A DNA stretch of 64,000 bases from Candidatus Woesearchaeota archaeon (GCA_038874135.1 JAVZCZ010000001.1:1-64000); one strand, 5' to 3'; positions 20,226-29,916 are shown, numbered from the stretch's first letter. Numbers and translations: made by a program. Notes: generated by a model not told the origin, from the sequence alone.

Positions 20226-21422
20226 ATGACGCGTTTGGAGTTTAGGGATTTGGAGTTCAGGCAGCGGGACGGCTTTTTAGAGGTCTTTTTTATGAGGATT
20301 TTTCAGTGCAGGATTCCGAATTCTGAGCTTGAGCGCATCGGGGCTTTTTCTGCTGAGGGCAACTCTGTGGAGTTTGACTGTTCTGAGAGGCGTGCGCGTT
20401 TCAGGTTTAATCAGCTTCTGCAGAGGGCTTTTTCTAATCTTAGGAATGTTGTTACGGGAAGGCGTGCGATTTACATTCACAGGAATTCGGGGATTCCGCT
20501 TATCGGGAGTAACTCTTTCGGCATTGTGGATAGGAACACTTCAATTGTGGAGGTAAAGCCGATTACTGGCTGCAATCTGGACTGCATCTTTTGTTCTGTG
20601 GACGAGGGCGTTTCTTCTAAGGATAAGCGCGATGTGGTTGTTGAGGAGGAGTACCTTGTTGAGGAGTTTCGGAAGCTTGCGGAGTTTAAGAGGGTGAGGG
20701 TTGAGGCGCACATAAACGCCAGCGGGGAGCCTCTGCTCTATTCCAGGATTGTGGATTTGGTGCGAGATTTGAGGTCAATTCCCAATGTTGGAGTAATCTC
20801 TATGGATACTAACGGGGTGATGCTTACTGAGGATTTGGCTCTGAGGCTTAGGGATGCTGGGCTGACGCGCTTTAACATTTCAATCAGCGGCTTCTCTCAG
20901 GAAGCATATTCCCGGATGAGCGGCTCTTCTGCTTCTGTGGATCGCCTTAAGGATGTTATAAGATTCTGTTCGGGGATTGCTGAGGTGCTCATAGCTCCGG
21001 TTTGGGTTCCGGGCTTTAACGATTCTGAGATTGAAGAGCTGATAGCTTTTGCTAAGCGGCTTAATGTCAGGATTGGGATTCAGAACTTTCTTGAGTATGA
21101 GCGTGGAAGGCGCCCGACAGCTCAGCTTTCCATGGAAGAGTTTAGGGCTCGGCTTAAGGCTTTGGAGCAGAAGCACGGGGTTAAGCTGCTCTTGTCCCCG
21201 GACGACTTCGGCATAGTTAGGACTGAGAGGCTTCCTAAGCCTTTCAGGAAGGGCGACATCGTTAATGCCTATGTTGCTTCTGAGGGCAGGGGTGCTGGCG
21301 AGTTTATAGGCGTGTGTTCTGGAAGGAATATCACCCTGCTGGGAAGCTTTAGGGTTGGCTCCTGCGCGCGGGTTAGAATTCTTAGGAGTAAGCACAACAT
21401 ATTTCTTGCCAGGCGCGTCTGA
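20226..21422 (+). CDS. Radical SAM protein with C-terminal TRAM-like domain
   Basis: CNLDCIFC, GEPLLY, SMDTNG, APVWVPG; C-terminal VRILRSKHNI. Confidence 0.88.
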   Translation: MTRLEFRDLEFRQRDGFLEVFFMRIFQCRIPNSELERIGAFSAEGNSVEFDCSERRARFRFNQLLQRAFSNLRNVVTGRRAIYIHRNSGIPLIGSNSFGIVDRNTSIVEVKPITGCNLDCIFCSVDEGVSSKDKRDVVVEEEYLVEEFRKLAEFKRVRVEAHINASGEPLLYSRIVDLVRDLRSIPNVGVISMDTNGVMLTEDLALRLRDAGLTRFNISISGFSQEAYSRMSGSSASVDRLKDVIRFCSGIAEVLIAPVWVPGFNDSEIEELIAFAKRLNVRIGIQNFLEYERGRRPTAQLSMEEFRARLKALEQKHGVKLLLSPDDFGIVRTERLPKPFRKGDIVNAYVASEGRGAGEFIGVCSGRNITLLGSFRVGSCARVRILRSKHNIFLARRV

Positions 21423-21488
21423 AAAATTAGGATAGGGGAAAAATTAAAGTTTAAAAAAAATAAAAAATTTTCAAGCCAGCCCCAAAGC

Positions 21489-23807
21489 TTACTGGGGCTT
21501 GCTTACAGTTATGTCCGTCAGGCTTGTGCCGGTGACCTCTACTGAGGTTCCTGAGAGTCCGTACTTCTTGTAGTCAGCAAGGACTCTTGAAGCTCTCAGA
21601 GTGTCTTCTCCCTCGTAGCCCGCTACGAGTATGGCTACCTTGCCGTTCTGCTCGTACAGCCTTATGAAAGCCTTTCCGGGCTCAAAGCCTGCGTTGCACA
21701 CTGTCGGGTTGCCCATCAGCTGTGCAGCCACCTTGTTGGCGCAGGGTCCTCCTACCACGATGAGGTTCTGTGCCCAGATGTCGCTTATCTGAGAGTCGAG
21801 CACTGCTGCTCCGACCTTTATGGGCACTACTTCCTGGTAGGTGTTCTCTCCGCCCGCTGTTGTGGCTGTTGCGCCTGTGGGTGCGAGGAACACTTCGTAC
21901 ACTGTCGGGTTCTTGTAGTATTTTATCTCAAATACATCCTTCTCTGTGTTGTATGTGTAGTATGTTCCAAACGCTGTTACTCCGACATAGTCGTCTGTGT
22001 CTCCAATCCGGGATGCAGGTTCAGATGTGCTGAGCTGCGCCTTGCTGTCAGAGTAACTCCAAGTTGTTGTTAAGAGTACTCGTGAGGGCTCATCAGTTGG
22101 CTGTGCAATCCAGTTTCCTGCATCTTCCATAACTCCCACGGCTGCGATTGACCCGTTGCTTATTACTATCAGTGCGCCCTGTGCAGTGTAGAACCCAGGC
22201 ACTATATAGCTTCCACTATCCAACTTAATGTTTGATGATGTTGTTGTTACATCAAATGTTACCGGAACTCCGTGGAACGAGTAGGTAACTGTGTCTGGGG
22301 TTGAGTTTGTGCCTGTGATGATAGGCCTTACGAGTTCTTCTCCTGTTACATAGTTCTTCAGCGTTACCTGGTTGTTTGTTGTGTCTATCTTCTTGAGCTG
22401 CATGATGTAGCTGTATCCCTCAACATCTAGGATGAAGTATTCGTCAACTCCAATGCTGTCACTACTATTCACATGCAGCGGTTTTGAGCCTATCATGTAC
22501 TCAAAGTTTTCGCTGCTGCTGTTGTACTTTATTGGGCTTACGCTGACTGAGTTTCCGTCCCTGTCTGTGAAGGATATTCTGACTGCAGTTCCGTCTTGTT
22601 GTATCTTTATCTTTTCTCTCGCTGTTGAGTCGTAAGCCGGGTTAGGTCCTACGAAAGCGTACTTGAACGCTCCGAAGAGTGGCTCTACGAACTCGTCTGT
22701 GATGTATTTTACAGAGTTGTTAAAGTTGTCAAAGTTGTACGGGTCAATCTCGAATTTCATTGTGTTGAGGTTGTCAAAGCTGTCTCCAGTGTATTTTATT
22801 CCTCCCATGGTTGTCTCCTTTCCTAATGCTGAGACGCGCTTTACCTCTCCAGTGCTTTTGTCTATTGTTAGCTTTTCTGAGCCGAGGAACAACCTTACTG
22901 CTCCTCCTCCTACTGGCTGGTCGTACGCCATTACATCCTTGACATAGACGCGCTGCCCGCCTATTGTGTAGGAGTTTCCTGCTGTTACCTGTTTTGTTTC
23001 TCCGTTTATCTTTATTGTGGCTTGGTCTGAGCTTCCTCCCGTCCTCACGCCTATGACCTCAACTGTGACATCCTTGCCTCCTATGCTTATCGTCTTTGCA
23101 GCCTCTCCAGCTGTGAAGGTCTGGTCAACTGCTGTTGAGTAAAGCGTCAGAAGTGTGCTTGTTACTTCTGAGCTTGAGTCAGATATTACATACTCCTTTC
23201 CGAAAAGTTCAATGTTTGTTCCCATGATGTTACTTGTGTTGAATTGTACTGGCTTGTTGAAAATCATCGTTATTTTTATCGACTGGTTATCTCCCACTGC
23301 AAGGTATGGGAGCGGCTGTGTGAACTTCTCATCGTCCGGGTTGTCAAAAGTCACTTTCCAGGCAGGGTTTGTTATTTCCGTGTCGTACTTGTATTCTGTT
23401 CCGTCATCTGCTACGAGCACATTCTGTTTCAGGAGTACTGGGAAATCCTCCTTTGTGAATGTTGCTCTCACATCAGAAAGGTTGCTTCCAAGGTAGAGAT
23501 GGCTTGCTGCGCTCTCTATCTTCTTTCCTCCTTCCATTGTTGTTTCTGTTGTGCCGCTTATTGTTTTTGTGACAACATTGGCTGCCTGTAGGCTTGCCAG
23601 TATGTCCGCGGCTCCTACTGAGTCAATTCCCATTGACTTTTCGCCTACGACCACTAAGCCGTTGAACTTTCCGTTGTCCACGAACGGCTTGGGGTATTGG
23701 CTCAGGTCTGCTGCCAGGGCTCCGAGCACTGTTGCGCCGAGCATTGCAGCTCCGGTTCCCAGGGCAACTATTCTCTTTATTGTCTTATTCAAACCAAACA
23801 CCTCCAT
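21489..23807 (-). CDS. S-layer protein (true start probably TTG at 23792)
   Basis: IKRIVALGTGAAMLGAT signal; ADLSQYPKPFV...VVVG...D; C-terminal NLIVVGGPCANKVA...ILVAGYEGEDT; many NxS/T sequons; long 5' UTR. Confidence 0.9.
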   Translation of the reverse strand: MEVFGLNKTIKRIVALGTGAAMLGATVLGALAADLSQYPKPFVDNGKFNGLVVVGEKSMGIDSVGAADILASLQAANVVTKTISGTTETTMEGGKKIESAASHLYLGSNLSDVRATFTKEDFPVLLKQNVLVADDGTEYKYDTEITNPAWKVTFDNPDDEKFTQPLPYLAVGDNQSIKITMIFNKPVQFNTSNIMGTNIELFGKEYVISDSSSEVTSTLLTLYSTAVDQTFTAGEAAKTISIGGKDVTVEVIGVRTGGSSDQATIKINGETKQVTAGNSYTIGGQRVYVKDVMAYDQPVGGGAVRLFLGSEKLTIDKSTGEVKRVSALGKETTMGGIKYTGDSFDNLNTMKFEIDPYNFDNFNNSVKYITDEFVEPLFGAFKYAFVGPNPAYDSTAREKIKIQQDGTAVRISFTDRDGNSVSVSPIKYNSSSENFEYMIGSKPLHVNSSDSIGVDEYFILDVEGYSYIMQLKKIDTTNNQVTLKNYVTGEELVRPIITGTNSTPDTVTYSFHGVPVTFDVTTTSSNIKLDSGSYIVPGFYTAQGALIVISNGSIAAVGVMEDAGNWIAQPTDEPSRVLLTTTWSYSDSKAQLSTSEPASRIGDTDDYVGVTAFGTYYTYNTEKDVFEIKYYKNPTVYEVFLAPTGATATTAGGENTYQEVVPIKVGAAVLDSQISDIWAQNLIVVGGPCANKVAAQLMGNPTVCNAGFEPGKAFIRLYEQNGKVAILVAGYEGEDTLRASRVLADYKKYGLSGTSVEVTGTSLTDITVSKPQ

Positions 23808-24001
23808 TTCTGTTGGTTTAGTCCTTCATCTATTTTTGGGCTATCTTTCTTAGTTAGAATTCTCTTTCAAATTCCTTCTGTGTTGTTAACGCGTTTGTTG
23901 TCACTGCAGCTCTTAACCTTTAAGGAGTGCATTATTACTTTATAAACCTTTCGCTGTTTTGTATTTACTGTTGAGTTAATTAGCACTTCTTTTTAAATAT
24001 G

Positions 24002-24088
24002 TGGTGCGGGGAGTAGGATTTGAACCCACGCAGGCACTAAGCCAGCAGGTCCTAAGCCTGCCCCGTTTGGCCACTCCGGCATCCCCGC
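24002..24088 (-). tRNA. tRNA-Leu(TAG), CCA encoded
   Basis: GCGGGGA/TCCCCGC-ACCA; GCAGG-CTTAGGA-CCTGC anticodon arm; long variable arm. Confidence 0.95.
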
Positions 24089-24717
24089 TTTTCTGTGTGG
24101 TTTTGCCTTTTCCTTTTTATTTTTATTGCTTTTTTTATTGCTTTTAGGGCTTCCGCGCTCCACTCTTCCATCTGTTTTGCTTCCAGTTCTTTTAGGGTGA
24201 GCATCTCTCCACTTTTTATTTCCCTGTTTTTTGAAGTGGCGCTTCCGCTTATTCTTGCCAGGTGTAGCAGTCCGAAGTGCACCCTGCTTACTGGCGTGTC
24301 CTCCCTGTTTATGTAGCCGATGTGTCTTATGCTTTTCACCCGTGCTTTTACTTCTTCTCTGAGCTCTCTGAGCAGGGCTTCTCTTATGAAGTCCTTTCCT
24401 CTTAGGTCTTTTTCTTCTATGTGGCCTCCTACTCCTATTGAGCCCTTTTCAGCCAGCCTGCTTTCCGAGTAGCCCTTTCTGCTTCTTATGTAGTAGTATA
24501 TCTTGTCTTCCTCGTTTATGAGCACCGCGTATGGTATTGGCTGTTTTAGCTCGCTGCTCTCTTCTGCTTCTGCTCTTGTTGTGAGTTTTGCCATTCTCTT
24601 TATTCTTTGAAGGTATGGTCCCTTGTTTCTTACTCCTGAGAATTCTCTGCCTCTAAAAAGTTCACTTCTGCTTATTGTTATTACCTTTTCATTCAGCTTG
24701 TTTTTCTGCTCTTTCAT
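24052..24717 (-). CDS. NUDIX-family predicted phosphoesterase (YmaB/COG4112-like); 3' end overlaps tRNA-Leu
   Basis: KQPIPY, ESRL...SIGVGGHI, RELREE, VHFGL; likely start ATG 24717 behind a TATA at ~24740. Confidence 0.85.
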   Translation of the reverse strand: MKEQKNKLNEKVITISRSELFRGREFSGVRNKGPYLQRIKRMAKLTTRAEAEESSELKQPIPYAVLINEEDKIYYYIRSRKGYSESRLAEKGSIGVGGHIEEKDLRGKDFIREALLRELREEVKARVKSIRHIGYINREDTPVSRVHFGLLHLARISGSATSKNREIKSGEMLTLKELEAKQMEEWSAEALKAIKKAIKIKRKRQNHTEKRGCRSGQTGQA

Positions 24718-24781
24718 GCGGTTGATTTTTTTAAAAAGATTTATATAGTTTTGTTTTTTTAATCTGTTTGGTGATGCGATT

Positions 24782-25165
24782 ATGCTGTTTGCGGTTCCAT
24801 TGCTTGTAGGCGTTATTGCAGGCTTGGTTACTATGCTCTTTGCTGGGAGCAACTTTTTTGGAAGTCAGAAGGCGTTTCTGTTCTTTTTCGTGCTGTTAGT
24901 TTCCTTTGCGTGCGCATTCCTTTCAGTTAATTCCGGCTTTGCCTCTGAGTTTTTGAGGGCTTCCTTCCTTCAGAATGCGCTTGTAGTTCAGGCTCTCTCA
25001 GCTGTTGTTGCGGGAGTGCTGGCTTTAGTTGTTGTTTATGTTGTGGGAATGTTCTCGGGAGGCGCGATGCTTATGGGCGGTACCTCTTTCCTTATAGTTT
25101 TTGTGAATGCCGCTCTGGTGTTTGCAGCTCCATACCTTGTGGCTTTCGTGCCGCTGGGCTTTTGA
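24782..25165 (+). CDS. Small multi-pass membrane protein
   Basis: Four hydrophobic segments; GGTGA SD. Confidence 0.7.
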   Translation: MLFAVPLLVGVIAGLVTMLFAGSNFFGSQKAFLFFFVLLVSFACAFLSVNSGFASEFLRASFLQNALVVQALSAVVAGVLALVVVYVVGMFSGGAMLMGGTSFLIVFVNAALVFAAPYLVAFVPLGF

Positions 25166-25174
25166 GGTGGTCTT

Positions 25175-25330
25175 ATGGGGAAGGTTAATTCCAGCAGGAT
25201 GATGTCTGATTTGATGAGCGCTGCATTCTTTAAGGGCTTGCTGCTCGGCTTTATCCTCGGAGCCCTGTTCATATACCTTATCGTGAACAGGATTATTCAG
25301 ATAAGCCTGCCCTGGTTGGCTCCAAAGTGA
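25175..25330 (+). CDS. 51-aa single-TM small protein (below the ORF-track cutoff)
   Basis: GAGGTG SD, then MGKVNSSRMMSDLMSAAFFKGLLLGFILGALFIYLIVNRIIQISLPWLAPK*. Confidence 0.7.
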   Translation: MGKVNSSRMMSDLMSAAFFKGLLLGFILGALFIYLIVNRIIQISLPWLAPK

Positions 25331-25380
25331 GGTTTTAAAATTTAAAATTTGAGAGAAAAATTTTTTGAGCTGTTTTTTAG

Positions 25381-25620
25381 TTACTGTTTGCTCTTTGTTT
25401 TCGGGAGTTCCCTTCTTACTGTTATGGGGATTGCTCCTTCTTCAAATTCCAGCTTTGCGATTCTTATCGGGTCGTACCTGAGCTCTTCCAGCTTCTTCTG
25501 GTCCAGCTTTATCAGGAAGGGTGCTCCCATTGAGAGTTGAAGGGCTCTCGCACCTATTATTCTCGCCTTTTCGTATTTAGTGTACCTTTCTGTTTTTTCC
25601 TCCTGCTTCTTGCCCGCCAT
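25381..25620 (-). CDS. rpoK: RNA polymerase subunit Rpo6 (K)
   Basis: TKYEKARIIGARALQLSMGAP...IPITVRR. Confidence 0.96.
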   Translation of the reverse strand: MAGKKQEEKTERYTKYEKARIIGARALQLSMGAPFLIKLDQKKLEELRYDPIRIAKLEFEEGAIPITVRRELPKTKSKQ

Positions 25621-25624
25621 TTTC

Positions 25625-26413
25625 TTATGCCTCCCTCAGCTTTTTTCTTATCTCAGCAGCCTTTTCTACTGCTATGTCTATCATCCTGTTTACATCCTCC
25701 ATGGTGAGTGGGCTGTCTCCACCCTTTTGCAGGGCGCAGATTGTTCCCTTTTCCGTTACTGCTGCTGTGAGCCTCGCATCCATGGTTTTTTCCTCTATCC
25801 TGCTCGGGTCCACTATGTAGCTGCTTCCAAACTTTATTACTGTTACGGGGATTGGCTCCCTGCTTATCGGGAGCTTCTGCTCGGTCTTTTCGTGGTAGTC
25901 AATTCTTTCTCCGTCAAACTTTGGAAGACGAGTGTCCTGCAGGGCTGCAAGTGCTGCTATGCCCGAAGCGTCTATCAGGTTGCCGTCAGCGTTTATGGTG
26001 CATATGTCTATATTGACTATCCAGCACTTCTCTCCGGGTACTATGCAGAGCTTTTTGAAGTCCAGGGTTTTTGCTTCCCTTATGCCCCTGTCAACCACCC
26101 TTGCGAGCTCTACAGCGTCGTCTCCCGGCGGTCCAGCTTCAAAGTCGGGACTTGCCAGGGGTAGGAATTCTGCGTTTACTGAGATTGTGCCCTCGTCAGG
26201 AGTGTCAGGGTAGGGAGTGCCCACTTCCATCTTTACCCCGCAGAGCACCTCGGTCTTTCCAATTCTGACTCTGGCTGAGCCCTCTGCAGTTTCTACTACT
26301 CCCTTTTCAACTGTTATCTCTCTGAATTCCAGAGGCTTTCTCCCGTCAAATCTTATTCCCTCTGCGAGTGCCTTTTTTATCTCCTCTTTAATCTCTTCGT
26401 CCATCCTAATCAC
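25625..26413 (-). CDS. rrp42: Exosome subunit Rrp42
   Basis: RFDGRKPLEFR, AEGSARVRIGKT, PYPDTPDEG, ELARVVDRGIRE. Confidence 0.95.
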   Translation of the reverse strand: MIRMDEEIKEEIKKALAEGIRFDGRKPLEFREITVEKGVVETAEGSARVRIGKTEVLCGVKMEVGTPYPDTPDEGTISVNAEFLPLASPDFEAGPPGDDAVELARVVDRGIREAKTLDFKKLCIVPGEKCWIVNIDICTINADGNLIDASGIAALAALQDTRLPKFDGERIDYHEKTEQKLPISREPIPVTVIKFGSSYIVDPSRIEEKTMDARLTAAVTEKGTICALQKGGDSPLTMEDVNRMIDIAVEKAAEIRKKLREA

Positions 26414-27123
26414 TCCTCCGCCTCATAGTCTTGGAATCTGCTCTTCAGGGCTTCAACCTGTATCTGATGTATCTTTGGGGCAACCTCCTTGATTAGTGAG
26501 AGGGCTTGCATGAGCTGCTCCTTTGTGACTTCGCCGTCCATCTGGAGCAGTGTTATCTCTCCCGTTCTTGGGAGTATCGCTACTGGTATGTCTGCCACCT
26601 CTCCCGGGTATGCCTCCTCGTCATAGCACAAATCTACCAGTATCTTGTCCTCAACCTTTCCTACTGCAACTGCTAAGGGCAGGTCTTTCATCTCTATTCC
26701 CGCGTCTGCGAGTGCTATCGCTGCGGCGCATATCCCCGCACACCTTGAGCCCGCGTCTGTGGATGATAGTTCTATGAATACATCTATTACCGAGTTTGGG
26801 AACTGCCTGAGGTCTAGGACTGGCAGAAGCGCCTTTTCTGTGACCATTGAAATCTCCTTTGACCTTCTGGAGCCTCCTGGTCTGACCCTCTCGCCCGCTC
26901 CTGAGAATGGCATCATGTTGTACCTGCACCTCAGGATTCCCTTTTCTGGGTCTTGTAAGAATTTTGGGAAGAGGTTTCTGGGCCCGTAAACTGAAGCGTA
27001 AGCTTCTGTCTTTCCCATCTTTACATATGCTGAGCCGTCCGCGTTCGGGATTACTCCCGCCTTGGCAGTCATGGGTCTGAGCTCGTTGAATTTTCTTCCG
27101 TCTATCCTCTTATCATAACTCAT
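26410..27123 (-). CDS. rrp41: Exosome catalytic subunit Rrp41 (start ATG 27123)
   Basis: RIDGRKFNELRP, ADGSAY, YNMMPFS, DAGSRC, LLQMDG. Confidence 0.95.
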   Translation of the reverse strand: MSYDKRIDGRKFNELRPMTAKAGVIPNADGSAYVKMGKTEAYASVYGPRNLFPKFLQDPEKGILRCRYNMMPFSGAGERVRPGGSRRSKEISMVTEKALLPVLDLRQFPNSVIDVFIELSSTDAGSRCAGICAAAIALADAGIEMKDLPLAVAVGKVEDKILVDLCYDEEAYPGEVADIPVAILPRTGEITLLQMDGEVTKEQLMQALSLIKEVAPKIHQIQVEALKSRFQDYEAEE

Positions 27124-27128
27124 AATTC

Positions 27129-27962
27129 TCACCTTTCCTCGTAGTAGTTGTTGTTTTCCTGTTCTTCTTCGGGATGCCACTCTTCTCTCAGTTCTTCTCT
27201 GGATATTGTGCTCCTGCTTTCAACATCCACTTCAATATTTTCCTCCTTCTGCTCCCTGCTGTTCTGCTCCTGGTACAGGTCTGGGTTGTAGCCGAGCTCC
27301 CTTTCCATCCTTTCTGTAAGTCCTGAGGTGTGGGCTTCTTCTTCAACCTTCCTTATTGCTGATATGGCTCTCACTACATCTTTCGGCTTTCCCTGTATCC
27401 AGACCAGGCCGTTCTGGCCTACTGCTATGTTGCAGTTTGTAGCCCTCTTTATCATTGTTACCATTGAGCCGTTTTTTCCTATTATTCTGGGCACCTTTGA
27501 GGGGTTGACATTTATGACTATGCCTCCTGAGAGCTTTCTGAGCCCCGGACCTTTGAGTGTTATGTCTACGAGCATTTGGGATGTTACATTTATGACTTTT
27601 GCCAGCATGTATTCTCCAACTTTGAAGTATCTTGTCAGGTCTGCCCCCTTGCTTATGAATCTTGAGCTTGCATCCTTGGATGCGAGCATTGCAGAGTATG
27701 CCGAGTTTGTGTCAACTCTCCATCCGTAGAGGCTGACATCTATGACCCTGCATATTATTGTGTCTCCAACTTTTGGTATGTATTTTCCTGAGAGGGGCAC
27801 CAGCTTTATCAGGCTGCCGCTTATCTCCACCATTCCCAGGCGGGATGCTATTATCTTTTCTCCCTCTCTGAATGTTCCTATTCCAGGTATTATGTCCATT
27901 CCTGTTGCGATTATGTCTCCTGGAACTACTATTTCTCTTGGTTTGCATATTATCTGTCCCAT
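27129..27962 (-). CDS. rrp4: Exosome RNA-binding subunit Rrp4 with acidic tail
   Basis: IVVPGD, YIPKVGD, KVPRIIGKNGSM, GQNGLVWI, AHTSGLT. Confidence 0.95.
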   Translation of the reverse strand: MGQIICKPREIVVPGDIIATGMDIIPGIGTFREGEKIIASRLGMVEISGSLIKLVPLSGKYIPKVGDTIICRVIDVSLYGWRVDTNSAYSAMLASKDASSRFISKGADLTRYFKVGEYMLAKVINVTSQMLVDITLKGPGLRKLSGGIVINVNPSKVPRIIGKNGSMVTMIKRATNCNIAVGQNGLVWIQGKPKDVVRAISAIRKVEEEAHTSGLTERMERELGYNPDLYQEQNSREQKEENIEVDVESRSTISREELREEWHPEEEQENNNYYEER

Positions 27963-27996
27963 TTTTTCTCACTCCTTGAACTTTTTAGCATTAAAG

Positions 27997-28710
27997 TTAC
28001 TCCCTTGTTATTTTGGATTCTATTTCGCCCTTGGTTATCTTGTTTATCGCGTCAAAGAACTGCTGCTGCATTCCAGCGGGCATTCTTATCTTTGCTGAGA
28101 GGCTCGCGTCTGAGAGCCACTCTTCAGAGATTATCTCTCCGTAGCTTTTCAGAACGCCGTATGTCCTTACAGCGTGCTTTGCAGGTATTCTGAGCTCTAT
28201 TATTGCGTTTTCAAACTTTATTGGGAGCACGCTTTGTATCTGTCTGGCTATGTCCTTTATCTGGGCTTCTGCGCTTTTTGAGTAGTCAATCTTGGCTTTT
28301 GCCTCTTCAATTGCTGCTTCTATGCGCTGGGGCGGGTGCGGGTATCCCGTTTTCGGGTCAACTGCGTTTCTGGCGAGCAGTGTTATTATCCTCTTCCTTA
28401 GGGCTTCTCTCTGTTCCTGTCTGAACTCTTCTGTGACCTGTATTTCTCCCTCTTTGAGTATTATTTCTGCAACTTTCAGTTCGTCTTCTGTTCCGAAGAG
28501 CTCCATCATAAGCTTTTCAGATGCTCTCAGCCCCTTCTTTGCGTCTGAGAAGACATGCTCGCTCTTCAGCACTTCGCTCAGCTCAACATCCTCTCCATTC
28601 CTGTACTTCACTGCCAGGTCTGGGTCTATTACGACTTCAAAGTTTTCTCCCCCCTTTTTTAGCCGTGCAAGGTTGAAGTGGATCTTCTCCTTGCCCAACA
28701 TTATCGTCAT
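27997..28710 (-). CDS. sdo1: Ribosome maturation factor SBDS/Sdo1
   Basis: ARLKKGGENFEV, VFSDAKKG, DPKTGYPHPPQRIE. Confidence 0.95.
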   Translation of the reverse strand: MTIMLGKEKIHFNLARLKKGGENFEVVIDPDLAVKYRNGEDVELSEVLKSEHVFSDAKKGLRASEKLMMELFGTEDELKVAEIILKEGEIQVTEEFRQEQREALRKRIITLLARNAVDPKTGYPHPPQRIEAAIEEAKAKIDYSKSAEAQIKDIARQIQSVLPIKFENAIIELRIPAKHAVRTYGVLKSYGEIISEEWLSDASLSAKIRMPAGMQQQFFDAINKITKGEIESKITRE

Positions 28711-28725
28711 TTTTTCACCTCTTAC

Positions 28726-29472
28726 TTACGCCTTGATTCCCTGGGATAACTTTTCAATCTCCTTCTTGGTCATTCTGGTGAATGAGTTCTGGGGACCTTC
28801 TACATATGCTGCTTCTATCCTTTCCGGGCTGTAATCCTTTTTTAGGAATTTTATCATTGCAGTTGCAGCCAGCTTTATTGCTTCCTCCCTGCTCATTCCA
28901 TCCTTGTAGCCCTTTTTCAGCGTCTCTTCAACTTCCGACTCGCCCTCTCCTATTACTGCTGCCTTGTATCTGAAGTAGATGCCCGTAGGGTCTGTCTCGT
29001 AGAGCTTAGGCCCGTCATTGTCTATTCCTGCTACGAGTAGTGAGACTCCGAATGGTCTTAGGCCTCCGCTCTGGGTGCACACCTGTTTCAGTGCGCATAT
29101 GTCTTTGACTATGCTTAGCGTGTCTATTGGCGTGTCGTAGGTTATCTTGTGCTGCTGCGCCTTTACCTGGGCTCTTTCTATCAGTACGCGTGCGTCTGAG
29201 ATGATTCCTGCTGCTGTGACTATCATGTGGTCGTCTATCTGCCACACTTTTTCTATTGATTCCGGTATTATCAGCGAGTCTGTTATTCTCTTGTCTGCGA
29301 ATAGTAGTACGCCGTTCTTGTAGGTTATTCCGATTGCTGTTGAGCCCTGCTTAACTGTCTTCTTTGCGTATTCTACCTGGAGCAGTCTTCCGTCTGGGCT
29401 GAACATTGTGATTGCCCTGTCGTAGCCCATTACCTGGTGCTGCACTGGTTGCATGCTCTTGTTGTCCACCAT
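28726..29472 (-). CDS. psmA: Proteasome alpha subunit
   Basis: GYDRAITMFSPDGRLLQVEYA, RPFGVSLL, TDPTG. Confidence 0.97.
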   Translation of the reverse strand: MVDNKSMQPVQHQVMGYDRAITMFSPDGRLLQVEYAKKTVKQGSTAIGITYKNGVLLFADKRITDSLIIPESIEKVWQIDDHMIVTAAGIISDARVLIERAQVKAQQHKITYDTPIDTLSIVKDICALKQVCTQSGGLRPFGVSLLVAGIDNDGPKLYETDPTGIYFRYKAAVIGEGESEVEETLKKGYKDGMSREEAIKLAATAMIKFLKKDYSPERIEAAYVEGPQNSFTRMTKKEIEKLSQGIKA

Positions 29473-29475
29473 TTT

Positions 29476-29829
29476 TTATTCCTCCGTTGCCATTTTGGCT
29501 TTTCTTATTGAGCCTGAAACTTTTAGGCTTCTCACCTGCGCGTTTCTAATTGTTGATGCGGCGAATACTGCTCTGACCTTGTCTGCGCCGCTCCTTTCAA
29601 CTCTTATGATTCCCGTTCCGGCTTCAGGGTTGAACCTCTCCCTTAGGCATACGGGATTTGCCCGTCCCATTTCTATTCTTCCAAAGAGCTTTTCAAACTC
29701 TTTTGAGAAAGCAGATGAAAATTCTTCGTAACTTATGGGTTCTCTCTGTCCTTCAATCTTGAAGGCTATGTATCTGAACTTTTCCCTCTGCGTGGGCGGT
29801 AATAGTTTTATCCTTTTTTCGCCTGCCAT
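29476..29829 (-). CDS. rnp2: RNase P protein Pop5/Rpp14
   Basis: LPPTQREKFRYIAF, GIIRV, VSGSIRKA; position upstream of psmA. Confidence 0.88.
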   Translation of the reverse strand: MAGEKRIKLLPPTQREKFRYIAFKIEGQREPISYEEFSSAFSKEFEKLFGRIEMGRANPVCLRERFNPEAGTGIIRVERSGADKVRAVFAASTIRNAQVRSLKVSGSIRKAKMATEE

Positions 29830-29837
29830 TGTTTTGG

Positions 29838-29916
29838 CTCCGAAGCGAAACCTTTTCTGCCGGGAAACCTTCCGGCTTAAAAGAGAAGTTTTCTCTGCTT
29901 TCCCTCTCTCTCGCTC
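29838..29916 (-). promoter_or_regulatory. Structured 5' leader of the pop5-proteasome-exosome operon
   Basis: TATA at 29938-29945; closing stem GAGCGAGA/UUUCGCUU enclosing AGAGAA/UUCUCU and GCCGG/CCGGC hairpins. Confidence 0.45.

Noticed and set aside
24718-24852. N-terminal extension of the NUDIX ORF; similar over-long starts for rrp41, rio1, PAC2, 54275 and 55132
   Set aside because: The extensions run through TATA boxes or neighbouring genes; downstream starts fit promoter or SD spacing.
29838-29916. Functional RNase P RNA
   Set aside because: About 80 nt, far too short; P4 cannot form.
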